Assembly: GCA_043228905.1 (NCBI GenBank)
Contig: JBHGNT010000002.1
Span: 13,640,001-13,704,000 of the forward strand
Direction: 5' to 3'
Length of the DNA: 64,000 bases
Source of the DNA: Azolla caroliniana
Lineage: Eukaryota > Plantae > Polypodiophyta
In this document: piece after piece, positions 1-13,116 of the stretch
Numbering within the stretch: the stretch's first letter is position 1
Layout of the letters: every line of letters starts with the position of its first letter
Translations under genes and position numbers: made by a program
Notes under the pieces: model-generated
The model's database searches: none
What the model saw: the letters and a program-made list of their open reading frames with translations, nothing else
What the model was told of the DNA's origin: nothing

Positions 1-139
1 CATCCGGATCCGTATCCGGGTACTCTTCATCATCCGGAGAGTGCACTCACCGGACCTGTATCTTCATCCGGTTCCGTAACCGTAACCGGGCTTGCCGTCA
101 TTCATCTCCGGACATCCCATCCGGAGGGACCGAAAATCC

Positions 140-336
140 CAACATAAACCACATGTACCAGAAAGAATTCTTGATGTTAAAACAAAACATTCGCGTTCTA
201 CAATAATTCGAGAATTTAAAATTAATTTGATGGATAAATCAATCAAAGAAGGCACATGGGAACACGAAAATACTCTTTAGAACTAACTTCCCTAACTTTC
301 CATTGCAAGAGTGCAATGTTTTAAAGAGGGAGAGTA
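140..336 (+). pseudogene. Chromodomain-like C-terminus of a chromovirus (Ty3/gypsy) integrase, followed by a polypurine tract
   Basis: Translation PERILDVKTKHSRSTIIREFKINLMDKSIKEGTWEHENTL*..FPNF resembles the chromodomain pattern PE.ILD...EF.VKW...E.TWE. AAAGAGGGAGAGTA directly precedes TGTTACGG at 337. Confidence 0.6.
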
Positions 337-1249
337 TGTTACGGGCATGACAATATAATATTCTGTGGTGAGAATTTACTCGTAATATTCTATACACGTG
401 GATAACGTGTGAGGGTTAAATAAGAGTGTAAAGAAGGGGAGGATTACTTTTAATCCTCGGGATTGAGACAACCAATTAGGCCACGAGTGAACTTGCCCAA
501 GGGCCTTAGGTTTGGCTATAAATATGAGGCCTAAGTACCCACATTTGACACATTATCGAGTCGTACTTGGTGCTAGCACACTCGTTACAAGAGTTGACCC
601 ACCACAAGAGTGTGCCACTTGCCACGTCAAACGCGCATTTTGTTGGATTGAGGCTAATCCTCGCCTATGATGTCACAGATGTTCGCTTCGTGTGCCATAA
701 ACTGTGAAATCGTCGAGGAAGACCTGCATAAAGGCAAGTATGTATTTGTTAAGAATCAAGCTCAACGGTCAAGAGTCACCATTATGTCACCACTTTGTAT
801 TCTAGCATTTAGTATGAGTCATAGAATCATATTCTATGGCACATAACTTATGAGCTTTCACATTCCCCATGCTCCATGAGCCTTGTAGTTAATGAAGAGA
901 GAGGGTGACTACATAAAGCACCCTCCTCCCACCTTGTATAGCGTTGAGTCTTTCTCCTTTGTCAATATACTTTTACCTTGCGTATTCTCTGTGTTTCACT
1001 CTCTCTCTCTCTCTCTTACACACACACATAACTCACATCTCTTTCGCTACACAAGAATCCATCTCTTGATTCTTTACATGGTATCAGAGCGATTTGGTAG
1101 CTCGATCTAGCCGATTCGCCTCATCGTGATCGTGTATTGTGCTCTACGCCGACGACCAAGAACCGGCTCATCGCTATCGTAGCTTCGCTACATAGCTCGC
1201 ATTCGAAGAGAGAAGAAGAAGAAGAAGAATCGACATAATGAATACTCAA

Positions 1250-4200
1250 ATGGGGAGCGCTCTCCCTACTGAGAAGTTGGATCGAAACAACTTCGCATCT
1301 TGGGAGTACAAGATGCACCAATACCTTGTCGGACAAGACTATTGGAGCTACATCAAAGGAGCGCAGGAAGACTGACCCGCCGAAGCGGCTCCCGGATACG
1401 CGACATGGGAGCAAGCCGCAAGCCGCGTGATGTATTGTTTGGTGACATGTGTTCACGACCACATGCTCGGTTACATTCAAGAAGCCAAGACGCCGAAGCA
1501 AGCGTGGGAAAATCTACGAAAGATTTTCGCCGCCAACACGACCGCGAGGAAGCTTCAACTCCGCCAAGAGTTGAACAACATTCAACAAAGGGACATGTCC
1601 ATCACGACATACACCTTGAAAATCAAGGAGCTTTGCGACTCGCTTGGCTCAATAAGCGTAAGTATAGATGATGATGAAATGGTGCAAATATGCCTCGGCG
1701 GCCTCGCACCACGGTTCGGCGCGATGCGAACCGTCGTTCTAGCACGGGAGAAATCTCCCTCCTTCTTCGAGCTCCAATCCATGCTATTGTTCGAAGAAAA
1801 CCACATGCGTACAAGGAGCAATGAGTCGGAAGTCCACATGCTCTACACGCACTCTAATGGAGGAAGAGGACGCGGACGAGCGAGAGGCCGATTTGGCCAA
1901 GGACAATGCGGACGAGGTTCCACCTACGACAACAACTCCCAATTTCGGCCGCAAAACGGAGGCCAACGAGGAACCTTCGCAAGAAGGGGGAGCTTCCACT
2001 CTGGCCCGAGCTGTCAAAACGCAACCGAATGCGGATATTGCAGAAAGCTCGGCCACCATGAAGAAGAGTGCCAAAAGAAGATGCGTGAATCGGCTTCCAC
2101 AAGCCGACAACTCACGAATTACGCACACAACTCCGACCGCAAAACGGAGGCCAACGAGGAACCTTCGCAAGAAGGGGAAGCTTCCACTCTGGCCTGAGCT
2201 GTCAAAACGCAACCGAATGCGGATATTGCGGAAAGCTCGGCCACCACGAAGAAGAGTGCCGAAAGAAGATGCGTGAATCGGCTTCCACAAGCCGACAACT
2301 CACGAATTACGCACACAACTCCGACTGTGGCGGAATGTTCATGATGAAACATAGAGCAAACTCTATGTTGGTTGCTACCTCAACTAGTGCCTCCGGTTCG
2401 GAAGACGTATGGTTCGTCGATTCCGGTGCCTTGAACCATATGACATCGCATCAAGAATGGTTCCAAGAACTTTGAGAGCCGAACCGACCCGGCTATGTCG
2501 AAACCGGAGACGACACTACACACCCGATTCGGCACATCGGCAATGTTCCGTTCGGAAAAGAAGGTAAGCAAAATTACATGAAAAATGTCTTGCATGTACC
2601 GACCATTGCGAAGAATTTGGTCTCCGTCGGCCAAATTGTAGAGCAAGGGATGCAAGTTCGATTTAATCAAGGCGGTTGCTTCATCGAAGAAGAGGGCCAA
2701 CTCATCGCATGCAGACGAAGAGAGGGCCGGATGTTCATTCTCGATTCACACGAGATGAAATCCACCATGTTCGCGAAAAACACGAAAGACGACTCTGACA
2801 TAGAGCTATAGCACAAGGGAATCGGCCACATCAATCTCAACAAACTCAAAGCAATGAAATCGAAAGGAGTCGTCATCGGACTACCGACATTCAGAGAGAA
2901 GGAGATTCAAGGTGTCTGCGAAGCGTGCCAATTCGGCAAACAACACCGACACCCATTCCCGAAAGAGCAGAACGTGAGCAAAGGTCTACTCGACGTAGTC
3001 CATTCCGACGTATGGGGACCGGCGCAGACGGCTACATTCGGCGGATGCCGATATTACATGCTCTTCATCGACGACTTCTCCAGGCACACTTGGATCTACC
3101 CGATGCAGCAAAAGAGCGAAGTGTTCGGACACTTCCATAATTTCCAGAATGAAGTCGAGAAAGCCATGGGCCGACATGTACGATGCCTTCAATCGGATGG
3201 TGGCAAGGAGTACTTCTTGGACGATTTCACGGCGTATCTCCGAAAGGAAGGAATTCGGCGAGAATTCACTTGCCAACACACTCCGCAACAAAACGGAGTA
3301 GCCGAGCACAAAAATCGGCACATCCTTGAAGTAGCGTGGGCCATGATGAACGAGAAGCATATGCCCAAGTCATATTGGGCCGAAGCTGCAAATACGGTTG
3401 TCTACCTAATGAACCGGTGCACAACATCCGGCGTGCACGAGGTCACTCCGCATGAAAAATACTTCGGAAAGAAGCCAGACTTATCACACATCCGGATATT
3501 CGGCGTGATAGCGTACGTGCACATCCCCGACGAGAAGCGTCAAAAGCTTGACCCGAAGTCGGAGAAATATATCCTCATAGGATACTCATTGGAGCAAAAG
3601 AGGTACAAGTGCTACAACCCCTCAACACGAAAATCTCGAGTAAGTCGAGACGTCATTTTTGACGAGTCCGCATCCTGGTACGCACCAGAGACAACTTCGC
3701 CTCTGAGTCCGCTCGACCCAGAATCTGCCGACCAAGAGATCGAGGATGAAGATCGACCTATGCGCATGATTGAAGAAAGTCCGAACACGACCCGACTGAG
3801 CGGACCACAAGAGCCGTTGAGCAATCAAAGCACATCATGGCCTAGCCCGAAGATGGACAAAGGCAAGGCAAAAATGGTAGAATATGAAGACGATCGCTTC
3901 GACGACGATGAATCGACTCACTCACTCGACAGTGAGTTAGGCGGCTTCGATGTACCAATCGGAGCTAAGAAAGCCCTCATCTCTGCAAATGAAAAGCTCC
4001 GCCGATCCACTCGTGAAAAGAACCACGTAAGCCGATTCGGCTACAACGAGTATATGGCGTACCATTACGCCTTTATGATGAAGGTATCGACAGTATGGGA
4101 GCCGGAAACCTTTTCGGAAGCCACAAAGGACCCGCGATGGATCGAAGCAATGAATGAGGAGATGCAAGCACTACGGAAGAATGAGATGTGGGATCTCGTT

Positions 4201-5247
4201 CCCACCTCACCACACAAAAAGGCAATCGGATGTAAATGGATCTACAAGGTGAAGTATAACGTCGATGGCTCCGTAAACCGCTAGAAAGCTCGACTCGTAG
4301 CAAAAGGATACGCGCAGACACATGGCGTCGACTATGAAGAGACCTTTGCCCTGGTGGCAAAGATGACGATAGTGTGGACCGTAATTGCGATTGTCGCGGC
4401 AAAAGGGTGGCACCTCCATCAACTGGACGTCAAGAACGCCTTTCTACAAGGCGAATTAGAAGAGGAGGTGTACATGATCCAACCACCCGGCTTCAACTCG
4501 AGCACCCATCCGAACTCCGGCACCAAAGCGTGTGAGCCGACTCAGTATCGGCAACTCATCGGGAGTCTCATCTACCTCACGATCACTCGACCCGATCTCA
4601 GTTATCCGGTTGGTCTTCTTAGCCAATTCATGCAAACACCGCGTGATACTCACTTGGATTGCGTTAAGCGAGTTCTACGATACGTGAGCGGCACAATGGA
4701 TTGCAGCATCCTCTACAAGACCGCGATGCCAATACAACTCGAGGGGTACACAGACGCCGATTGGGCCGGCTATAAAGCCGATAGAAGATCAACGTCCGGA
4801 TTTTTTTTCTCCCTCGGCAGCGTAGTAATATCCTAAGGTAGCAAGAAGCAGCCTACTGTCGCTCTTTCGAGTACGGAGGCGGAAAATAGGGGCGCAGCCG
4901 TAGCTGCATGTGAAGCCGTATGGCTCAAGAGGATTTTGAAGGATCTGGGCATACCCATCAAGGATCCGACTTCCCTTTACTGCGACAACATGAGCAATAT
5001 CTATCTGGCTCGGAACCCGGTGTTCCACTTGCGGACAAAGCACATCGAAGTGCACTATCACTTCATCCGAGAGTGCGTTCTGGCTGGCGATGTCGACCTA
5101 CAACACATTAACACCAATCTTCAAACGGCCGACATCTTCACTAAAGCCTTAGGAGCCAACAAGCTATGGCAATTCATGACCGATCTCGGATTGACGATCC
5201 CTGACCTGCCAAGCTTGAGGGGGAGTACTGAAGACACTACGCAATAA
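1250..5247 (+). pseudogene. gag-pol: Copia-A gag-pol, broken by stops, a 188-bp duplication and an RT deletion
   Basis: Zinc knuckle CGYCRKLGHHEEEC, protease WFVDSGA, integrase CEAC/HSDVWGP/SDGGKEY/QQNGVAE, RT LHQLDVKNAFL, RNase H GYTDADWAG and TKHIEVHYHF. Several in-frame stops; the YVDD segment is missing. Confidence 0.92.
1949..2324 (+). repeat. 188-bp tandem duplication covering the gag zinc knuckle of Copia-A
   Basis: CCGCAAAACGGAGGCCAACGAGG occurs at 1949 and 2137; the two copies differ by a few substitutions. Confidence 0.92.
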
Positions 5248-5770
5248 CGCGTGGATTCCGCAACCACGCAACGAAGCAGCGAAGAGCCGATCTACCGTGC
5301 AAAGCCGCGAAGAAAGACCCAAGCCGAAGCACAGACTTCGTAACTACGCACAACACAAGTTGGAGCACGGATTCCGCAACTCCGCATAAAGCGAACCGAC
5401 GCAGACTTTGGAACGCGAGTTGAAGCAGATTTCGGATATCGTCTGAAACCGACCCGACTTGAGCTTGAGGGCGCATGTTGAGAATCAAGCTCAACTTGGT
5501 CTAGTGTGTGAACTCACCTTGAGAGTGAAGAGACACTCCAACGGTCAAGAGTCACCATTAGGTCACCACTTTGTATTCTAGCATTTAGTATGAGTCATAG
5601 AATCATATTCTATGACACATAACTTATGAGCTTTCACATTCCCCATGCTCCATGAGCCTTGTAGTTAAATAAGAGAGAGGGTGACTACATAAAGCACCCT
5701 CCTCCCACCTTGTATAGTGTTGAGTCTTTCTCCTTTGTCAATATACTTTTACCTTGCGTATTCTCTGTGT

Positions 5771-5810
<40 letters not shown>

Positions 5811-5976
5811 CACACACATAACTCTCATCTCTTCCGCTACACAAGAATCCATCTCTTGATTCTTTACAGTATTTGTCGAAAATTTTCGTAATGATGTGCT
5901 AGAATGGAATGTCACCGACGCTATTTTATGTCCAAACATCATTACTACGATTACTAATAATCCCTACTCCGTTACG

Positions 5977-7057
5977 AACACCGTCTTCTCCTGATCATTC
6001 GGGTGCCTGCGGATCTAGTTATAGCCATTGAAGTTGTCTAAAACACTGTATATTTCGTGTCTGCCTACTATGTCGGGTACCCATTTGTGAATGGTAATGG
6101 AAATTCATCGGTTGCCTATGTAGACACAAATCTTTCCATTTTTCTTCGATACTACGACGATCGGGCTTAGCCAGGTCACCCTCTTTATAGGTCGTATGAA
6201 TCCGATTTTCAAAGATTTATCTATTTCTTCTTTTGTATGGACTTCGCATCCGTTGCGAGGTTAATCTGGTGCTGGTAGAATTTCGGATCCAACCCTTTCA
6301 TTTCTTCGTGAGACTGTGCGAACACATCTTTGTATTTGTGTAGTAATTTGATCATGGCCTCTTTTTTCTGAAGGTGGTAGATCTTTCATAATTGAAAGTG
6401 GTCATGGTGCATCAGAAGTACTGACATTGATTTCCTCTAGTGCAGATGCTGTGATGCGTCAGGAAATCTCCATCTCTCATTCGAATGCGTCTTGCGCCCT
6501 GCAGAGCTGCATGACTGCTTACATGTCTGGTTCGCGTTCTTTGTCTTCGACTGTCGCAGTAGTGTTGTATGCGCCCGCTGTTTCGAAGATGACAAATAAT
6601 TCTCCAACTCCTCCTTGTCTAGTCCTTTGAGCATGTTGATGTTCTCTATGTAAAGCGGAGTCATGGCCTTCCGATTTTCACTCTCCCTTGTCGAAAGCTG
6701 ATGTTGTTGTATTGTCAATTTTGCTTGATGCTCACCGAGCACAACCATGCTCGTCCTAGCAGTAAGGGGTATTCTCTCGGAGCGTCAAGAGCCAAGACCA
6801 CCGCTGATATTTCAATCATATGTCTACCGATCACAATCACCAATTTGTGCAACAACCCTAATGGTTGGACCGCCATGCGTAGCCAGAATGGGCGCGCTTC
6901 CCAATTTGCTATGCCCAGGCGGTTGCAGGTAGCTTTGCTGATGACATTCACCCCGGAGCCACCATCAATGATGCATTCTAGAATTTCTTCCCCTTGTACG
7001 ATTACTTTAATGACCGGGTTATGGTGGTCGATCATTGTCGGTCCTATTGTTGATTCT
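5977..7057 (-). pseudogene. pol: Degenerate gypsy protease-RT fragment related to the Athila-like family
   Basis: IIDGGSGVNVISKATCNRLGIANWEARPFWLRMA parallels the 20468-23368 ORF. A GYN*IRRHPNDQEKTVF RT motif lies at the left end. Confidence 0.85.
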
Positions 7058-8801
7058 TGTGAAAGTTAATATGCGGAAGCGTATGACAAACCGGCTCAGT
7101 TGGATACCAACAGGACGTAGAGAAGAGGGTTTAATGGAGACCTTACACAGAGAATACACGGGAGAGATAGAGAGAGCAGATCATAAACTCAATTCAAATT
7201 AATAATCCTTTGTGTACATAGAATGTGCTCAAAGAGCACTTTTATACAATTCCATAAAGGACTGATAGGTACTTCAATGCTCATACGAGCGATTGACACT
7301 GACTCCCAAAACCATGCCCACATACTAGGCTAGATCTGTAGGCCTCCAATCCGATTTGGCTCTTGGTTCTGAATACCATCCGGACACCGATCCGACTCTG
7401 GCTTATTCAACCGATCCGGATCTAGTTGAGCTTGCTCGCTCAACACTCCCTCTACAGCTCAACTTGAGGTTGGATCGTGGTGTCTATTGTAGCCGGTCCT
7501 TTCCTCCGGCTCCTTTTGGCGTCCTCCTGCCTTGCTTGCCTCCTTATCCGGTCCCGTTCCGCTTCCCCTGACCCGTCCGGTTCTACGCATCTTGACCTCC
7601 TTGGTCGGCTTGTCTGCTAAGCAGGCCCATCTCAGCTCCTTCGTTGCTATGACTCTAGCACTTGTTGACCAATCGGTTCCTCCGTATCGGTGTCGACTTC
7701 CGTTGCCTTCTCGTCTGCTTGGCCTTTAGTTGATCCGGCTCTTCTGAATCAAATTGTTGAACTGAATCGGCTTCCTCTAATTCGTTCTAGCTCTTGTCGA
7801 AATCGGTTTCCTCCGATTCATTCTGACTATTATCTGAGTTGGGAGTCTCCAACTCGTCTTCCATTTTCAAGCCTATCACCACATCGGACCACGTCCAAGT
7901 CTTGGCCTTCTACTGGTCAGCTCTGTCCTTCTTGAGTTTGTCGCTGCCGCCGCTTGTTCCAACTTGCTCGGATATGCCGACTCCTTCGGTCAGTTCGTCT
8001 TCCTTTTTCTGCTCATTGCCCCCCTTTGTTCTTTCTTCCTCTCCGACTCCTTGTCTGGTGCCATTACCCATTTTTGTTCCCGTTCGCCCCCTCAATTGCG
8101 GCACGTCGAGATGCTGAATGTCGAGGATCTCCGAAAAGTGTTGCAACTTTTCTGATCTGAGCGGCTTGGTGATGATGTCGGTGATCTGCCTACCGATAGG
8201 AAAATACTGAAGTTCAACTTCACTGCTCAGGACCCGCTCTCAAACAAAGTGATAGTGCACTTCTATGTGTTCTGTTCGAGCATGGAAGACGGGGTTCTTG
8301 GCGAGTTGTATGCTGCTTACATTATCATAGTAGATTAGGATCGGGGTCGGTACCTCGATCCAAAGGTCTCATAGTAGTCGCCAAAGCCAGACGGCTTCAC
8401 AGATGGCAATTGTAGTGCCTCGGTATTTAGCCTTAGTGCCTGATAGAGCCAATGTTGGCTGCTTTTTACAGCTCCGCGCAACAACCGCGCTACCAAGAGA
8501 AAACATGTAATTGGAGGTGGATCGGCGATCTGATGCATCACCATCTCAGTCGGCATCGGTATATCCGACTAGCTTCCCAGCCATACCGTGTCAGTATAAC
8601 AATCCCCGGTCCTTCGTGTTGCTCACATATCATAATATTCGATGCGTGCACTGAAGGTGCTCCACGGTCGGCATCTGCAGAAACTGGCTAATCACTCCAA
8701 CCAGATAATTGATGTTGGGTCGGGTGATTGTCAAGTACATAAGGCTTCTTACAATTTGTTGGAGCCGTTTCTCATTCCAGGACGGTCCAGAGTCGGGACG
8801 T
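7058..8801 (-). mobile_element. 3' part of a copia element (family Copia-C): 3' LTR 7058-7445, long 3' UTR, degenerate RT/RNase H ~8150-8800
   Basis: Minus strand reads PPT-like GAGGGAG then TGTTGAGCGAGCAAGCTCAAC. The LTR resembles those at 55089-55518 and ~44997-45308. Motif LAKNPVFHARTEHIEVHYHFV. Confidence 0.8.
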
Positions 8802-8831
8802 TGTCGTGAAGAAAACCGTCCCTAGGAGGAA

Positions 8832-9128
8832 ACTGAGTTTAGCATGTGTAAACCGGCCTTTGCACGCAAGCGCACTTTTCGTTGTATAGTAAGTAGGTAG
8901 GTACAAGTCAGTTGAGGTAAAATTCTAGGAAACACGCATTCAATAGGGACAGAATCGGATTGGATCTCTGTCCGAAAGGACTGAGTTTAGCATGTGTAAA
9001 CCGGCCTTTGCACGCGAGCGCACTTTTCGTTGTATAGTAAGTAGGTAGGTACAAGTCGGTTGAGGTAAAATTCTAGGTAGCACGCATTCAATAGGGACAG
9101 AATCGGATTGGATCTCTGTCCGAAAGGA
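8832..9128 (+). repeat. 148-bp tandem duplication inside the LTR 8802-9584
   Basis: ACTGAGTTTAGCATGTGTAAACCGG at 8832 and 8980; each copy has a GGACAGA...TCTGTCC inverted repeat. Confidence 0.9.
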
Positions 9129-9490
9129 CAGAGAGTTAATATGATGTAATAGGTGATAACGCCCTCCCTCCTTGTGCTATAAAAGAGAGGGAGAGGAGGA
9201 AGAGAAAATATCGCGCGTTGGGGAAGACGAAGTGCTGATGCAGAACGAAGTGCCGAGCTCTCTCTTCTCCTCCTCCGGTCGTCGGTCTCTATGGGTGTCG
9301 GGAGCTCGCTGCCTCTGCTTCGTTGACAGCCCGTGTGCTTCAAGCAGAGGCTCTCCCCCCCCCCCTTTTGGTTCCTGGAGTTGTGTGGCATTCGTCTGTG
9401 TGCGTGAGTAGGACCCCGTGTCAGGCCCATTACCGGGTTGCCGGTTGTAACTGTTCGAGTTGTAAGCTATTGATTTTAGTAATTGGATTC

Positions 9491-9533
<43 letters not shown>

Positions 9534-9628
9534 TGGTCCAAGACCCCCGCCGACTTCTACACGCACGCGCGTAACAACGCGACATATTTGGTGAACCCGA
9601 CGAGAAGAGGCGGCAAAGGAGTTAAAAG

Positions 9629-11755
9629 ATGAGGGGATCAGAGCTAGCGGAGGCAATGGCGGTAGCCGTCGACCGGCTGGTAAGCACTCGTGAGGGGATG
9701 GGTACCCTCGACAGAGCCATTGAATCGATCGTTGGCACTATAGGCCGGTTCAGAGGGAAAGACACCACAAGTTATTTGGAGTCTTACCAGGCCGAAATGA
9801 TCATGAGGGATATCCCGGTGAACATGCGGCTATCCGGATTCCCTCGGATGGTGACGCCGAGCATCCACGCGGAGGTGCTGGCCGGATGCCAGACTTGGGA
9901 GGAGTTCAAGCTCCAGCTCCTCGAGAAGTACGGGTTTGACGACTCGCTTCGGCTGTCGAGGCGGGACTTCATGGTGTGGGTGGAAAGCCCCAGAAAGGGG
10001 AGGAACACGTCGGTGCTCCTCCAGGAGTTCAAAAAACGGTTCGCGCAGCTGTCGACGTTGGACTGGACGGTGCTCGAAACGAGTCGAGTACTACTGTTTG
10101 TCAAGTCAGTGGACGTGCTCGACAGGGAAAAGGTGGGTCCCCTGTTGGAAATGGACGAAGGGCTCACGGCAGACTGGGTCGTGGTAAAGCGGGTTTGCAG
10201 CCGTTTCGACAAACGGCGCCATTGGAGCGACGGAAGCTCGTCGGGATCAGGGCCGGTTCAAGGAAGGGGGCTCGAGGAGCCGGTATCGATGCCGGCTGGT
10301 AGGAAGGAAGAGACCCGAATCTGGCCAGAGTCGGGGTCGGCATCGAAGGACGTGGTCAGAGGCCCATCCGGAGGAGCGGCTCTGGAGGAGCTGACACAAA
10401 TGGTGCACGACCTGTAGATCGCACAGGCCCGGAGAGACAGCGGCGAACAACCTCGCGACCGGAGGCCGCCGGCGGGGCAGCGGTGCATGTGGTGTGACGC
10501 GATCGGTCACATTCGGAAGGATTGCGCGGATTTCGCCGACGCGTTCAGGACCAACGTGGTGTACCTCTAGAACGGGCGGGTGCACGTGAGCGAGACCCGG
10601 AGAACCCTAGAACTAAATACGGGGTGCGGCGGAATGAAGAGGTTGATGGAAGAGGCCGTGGCACGGCACATTGAAGCCATTAAATACTCAGTGTCGGCGG
10701 GAATTCGGGTCGGGGGCAATGAGACCTGGAAGGCGAAGGACTCCGGATTCTGGCCGCTAGTGCTAGAAGGCCTCTCCGGAGTTCAGCTGAAGAAGGAAGA
10801 GGCGGACTGCGCGGAACAACGGGTCCAGGAGGTCATCGGTTGGGACGATCTGGTCGAAGAGAAAACGGGCTTCGTAGAAGCTGCTTGCCAGAACTACGAG
10901 GTTCTGGTGGAGGACAAACGGGCAAGAAAGGCCGAAGGGGTCGGTCCCCCGCAAAGGTATGAGACCCGGTTTGGACCGAAACCGACCGGTGCCGGCAACC
11001 CAGGCGCGTCGGACGGAAAGAAGCAGGCGGGGTTTCGGTTGAGCACTGAAATCGAAAGGACCACAGACCTGCGAAAGGTCCTGGAGGAACGTATCCTCGA
11101 CAATAAAGTGGAGTTATTGCTGCGGGAGGTGCTGGGAATCGCCAAGAGGGAGTTCCATGACTCCATTGTAGACTTGGTGAAGCGGAAGAGGATCTCGACG
11201 GAGCCAGAACCGGAGAAGCCAGTGGAGGTGCGGACCACGCACTTGGAAGACGAAGCCCTAGAAGACGAGTTGGCGGGAAGCCACTACACGAAGCCGCATT
11301 GGGCTAGGGCAACTACGGAAACCCCTGTACGGATCGGCAACGTTCTGGAACCGGTGCTGGTGCTGGTAGACCATGGATCCGAAATCAACCTGATGTCCAT
11401 GGATTTCTATAAGAAGGGTAAATGGCCGATCAACACCAAGCACGGCTGGAAGATACGGGCAGTGATGCGCGCCACGGAAGAACTACATGGGGCCTGTCCG
11501 AACGTACGGGTGAAAATCGGCAATGTCGAGATCGACCAACACTTCTTCGTGCAGGAGACGTCCTCGCATCTGGTTATACTAGGAGAGCCATACATCACGG
11601 CGGCACGGATGGAGACCAAGGTGCTGGACAACGGTTTGACCTATGCAAGAGTCAAGAGCCAGGACGGGCGTCACTCGGTCTAGTTCCTGACGGTGCGACC
11701 AAACCATGAGCGTAATCGCGAGGCCCTCGACGGCGAAACCCAAGGGGATTTTTAG
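9629..11755 (+). pseudogene. gag: gag-protease of the host Trp-PBS gypsy, with in-frame TAG stops
   Basis: Collinear with the intact 48588-50627 ORF: zinc knuckle CMWCDAIGHIRKDC, LVDHGSEINLMS protease, ending GDF*. Stops at 10415, 10568 and 11681. Confidence 0.88.
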
Positions 11756-13116
11756 AAAGGGCTATCAAGGCGTGGGGTCGCGAGAGTCTAGACACCCCGG
11801 AAAAACCCCACAAATGTACGATAGAGAAGAAGACATGTACGGTAGGTAGGAAGTTTTGGTTCTCCGAAAATGGAGGTTGCACTATAGTCGGCGTCAGCGG
11901 CCGGGAGAGGACGCGAATGGAGGAGCGGCTCAGGGGATGTGGAGTCCTCTCCCCCGATGAAGAGATCAGCGGCACTGTGGAGGCGGTCTCTTTTGACGAC
12001 ACTTTGGGCGAGTTGGGAAAGGTGATCGGTGAAGACCTTAGAGAAGACCGGACTGTCCCAGTTAGTTCAATGGGAATGTACGAAGTCATCGCAAACTTCG
12101 GGGAAAGGATCGGGTTAGATCGGACAGCCCGCGTGGATACAAAGTACAAGACTGTGGACTGGAAGGTGAGGCCAGTCACGACACCCTTGCCGGAGGGCAG
12201 CGAGGAGCGGATAAAAGGGGTCGCGTCGGACCCAAGTTTACAGAACCCGGCTGGCATAGGGCACCGGTTCACCGACATAACTCAAAAGGAGCTCAAGGTC
12301 AGTGGGGGCGGCTTTCTACTGCTGGTGGAGGAGGACCAGTTTCGGAGAATGCTCGGGAGGCACGGTGTCGCGATATTACGCAAGTGCGTATAGAAACGAG
12401 GCGGGACCGCGGGGGTCTTGAACCGAAGAGCAAGCGAGGGTGGAGAAAGAGAGAGGACCAGTTACGCAGGACCGGGGATACACAGGGACACGGCCCTTCA
12501 ACACAGAGAACGCGAATAGACGCCGACACCGGTAGACGCAAACAAATGAATATATATATATATATGAGCAAATACAAATATCTGATCAAGAAGCTACAAC
12601 CCGCGATGGGGCACCGGATGGTTACAACCGAACAGGCCGGCGAACAGATGCCGATGCCTGTTCGCTGCGTCGCACAAAAGGGAGCAGGTCGGAGGTGCTG
12701 CCGGAAGCACTCGGGCCTTCCTCGAAACAGCGCGAGCCTCCTCGAAAACCTGCAGCGGAAAGCTATGGAGATCAAGGGCAGGAGAACAGAGAGCGAAGCG
12801 TCCAGAATCGGTCCGACGGCCCCTCCTCCTCTCTGCGCGATACCCTGTTCCTCCCCGTCCTCCTCCCTTTTTGGGTCAAGATGGAGTCGTTCGGCATTAA
12901 ATTCCCACCTCCCGTATCTAACCACTTCGATCCTCCTAGGTACCTAATTCGCCTTTATGTACAACTTGGCGCGCACGTGCGTGAAGAGCCGGTTCCCACG
13001 CCTTGGTGCCCCAATTCCACCCTTGGACGGTTTTCTTCACGACATCCGCCCCCACCTAACCGCGCATCCACCGGCATGCGCCAAATTAAGTTGGGACGGA
13101 GAAAACCGGCCCGTCT

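Larger units (their letters stand above)
747..5868 (+). mobile_element. Ty1/copia retrotransposon (Copia-A), fully bounded but decayed
   Basis: LTRs 747-1078 and 5476-5868 (TGTT...TACA). 5-bp TSD GTATT at 742-746 and 5869-5873. PBS TGGTATCAGAGC (tRNA-iMet type) at 1079-1090. Domain order gag-PR-INT-RT-RH. Confidence 0.95.
337..5976 (+). mobile_element. Probable chromovirus 3' LTR (337-746 plus 5874-~5976), split by the copia insertion at 747-5868
   Basis: Starts TGTTACGGG after the PPT and has TATAAATA near 517. Sequence after the second GTATT TSD ends in CCGTTAC, an approximate inverted repeat of the start. Right boundary approximate. Confidence 0.5.

Noticed and set aside
1-136. CATCCGG-rich short repeats at the window start
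   Set aside because: Too short and cut by the window edge to assign.
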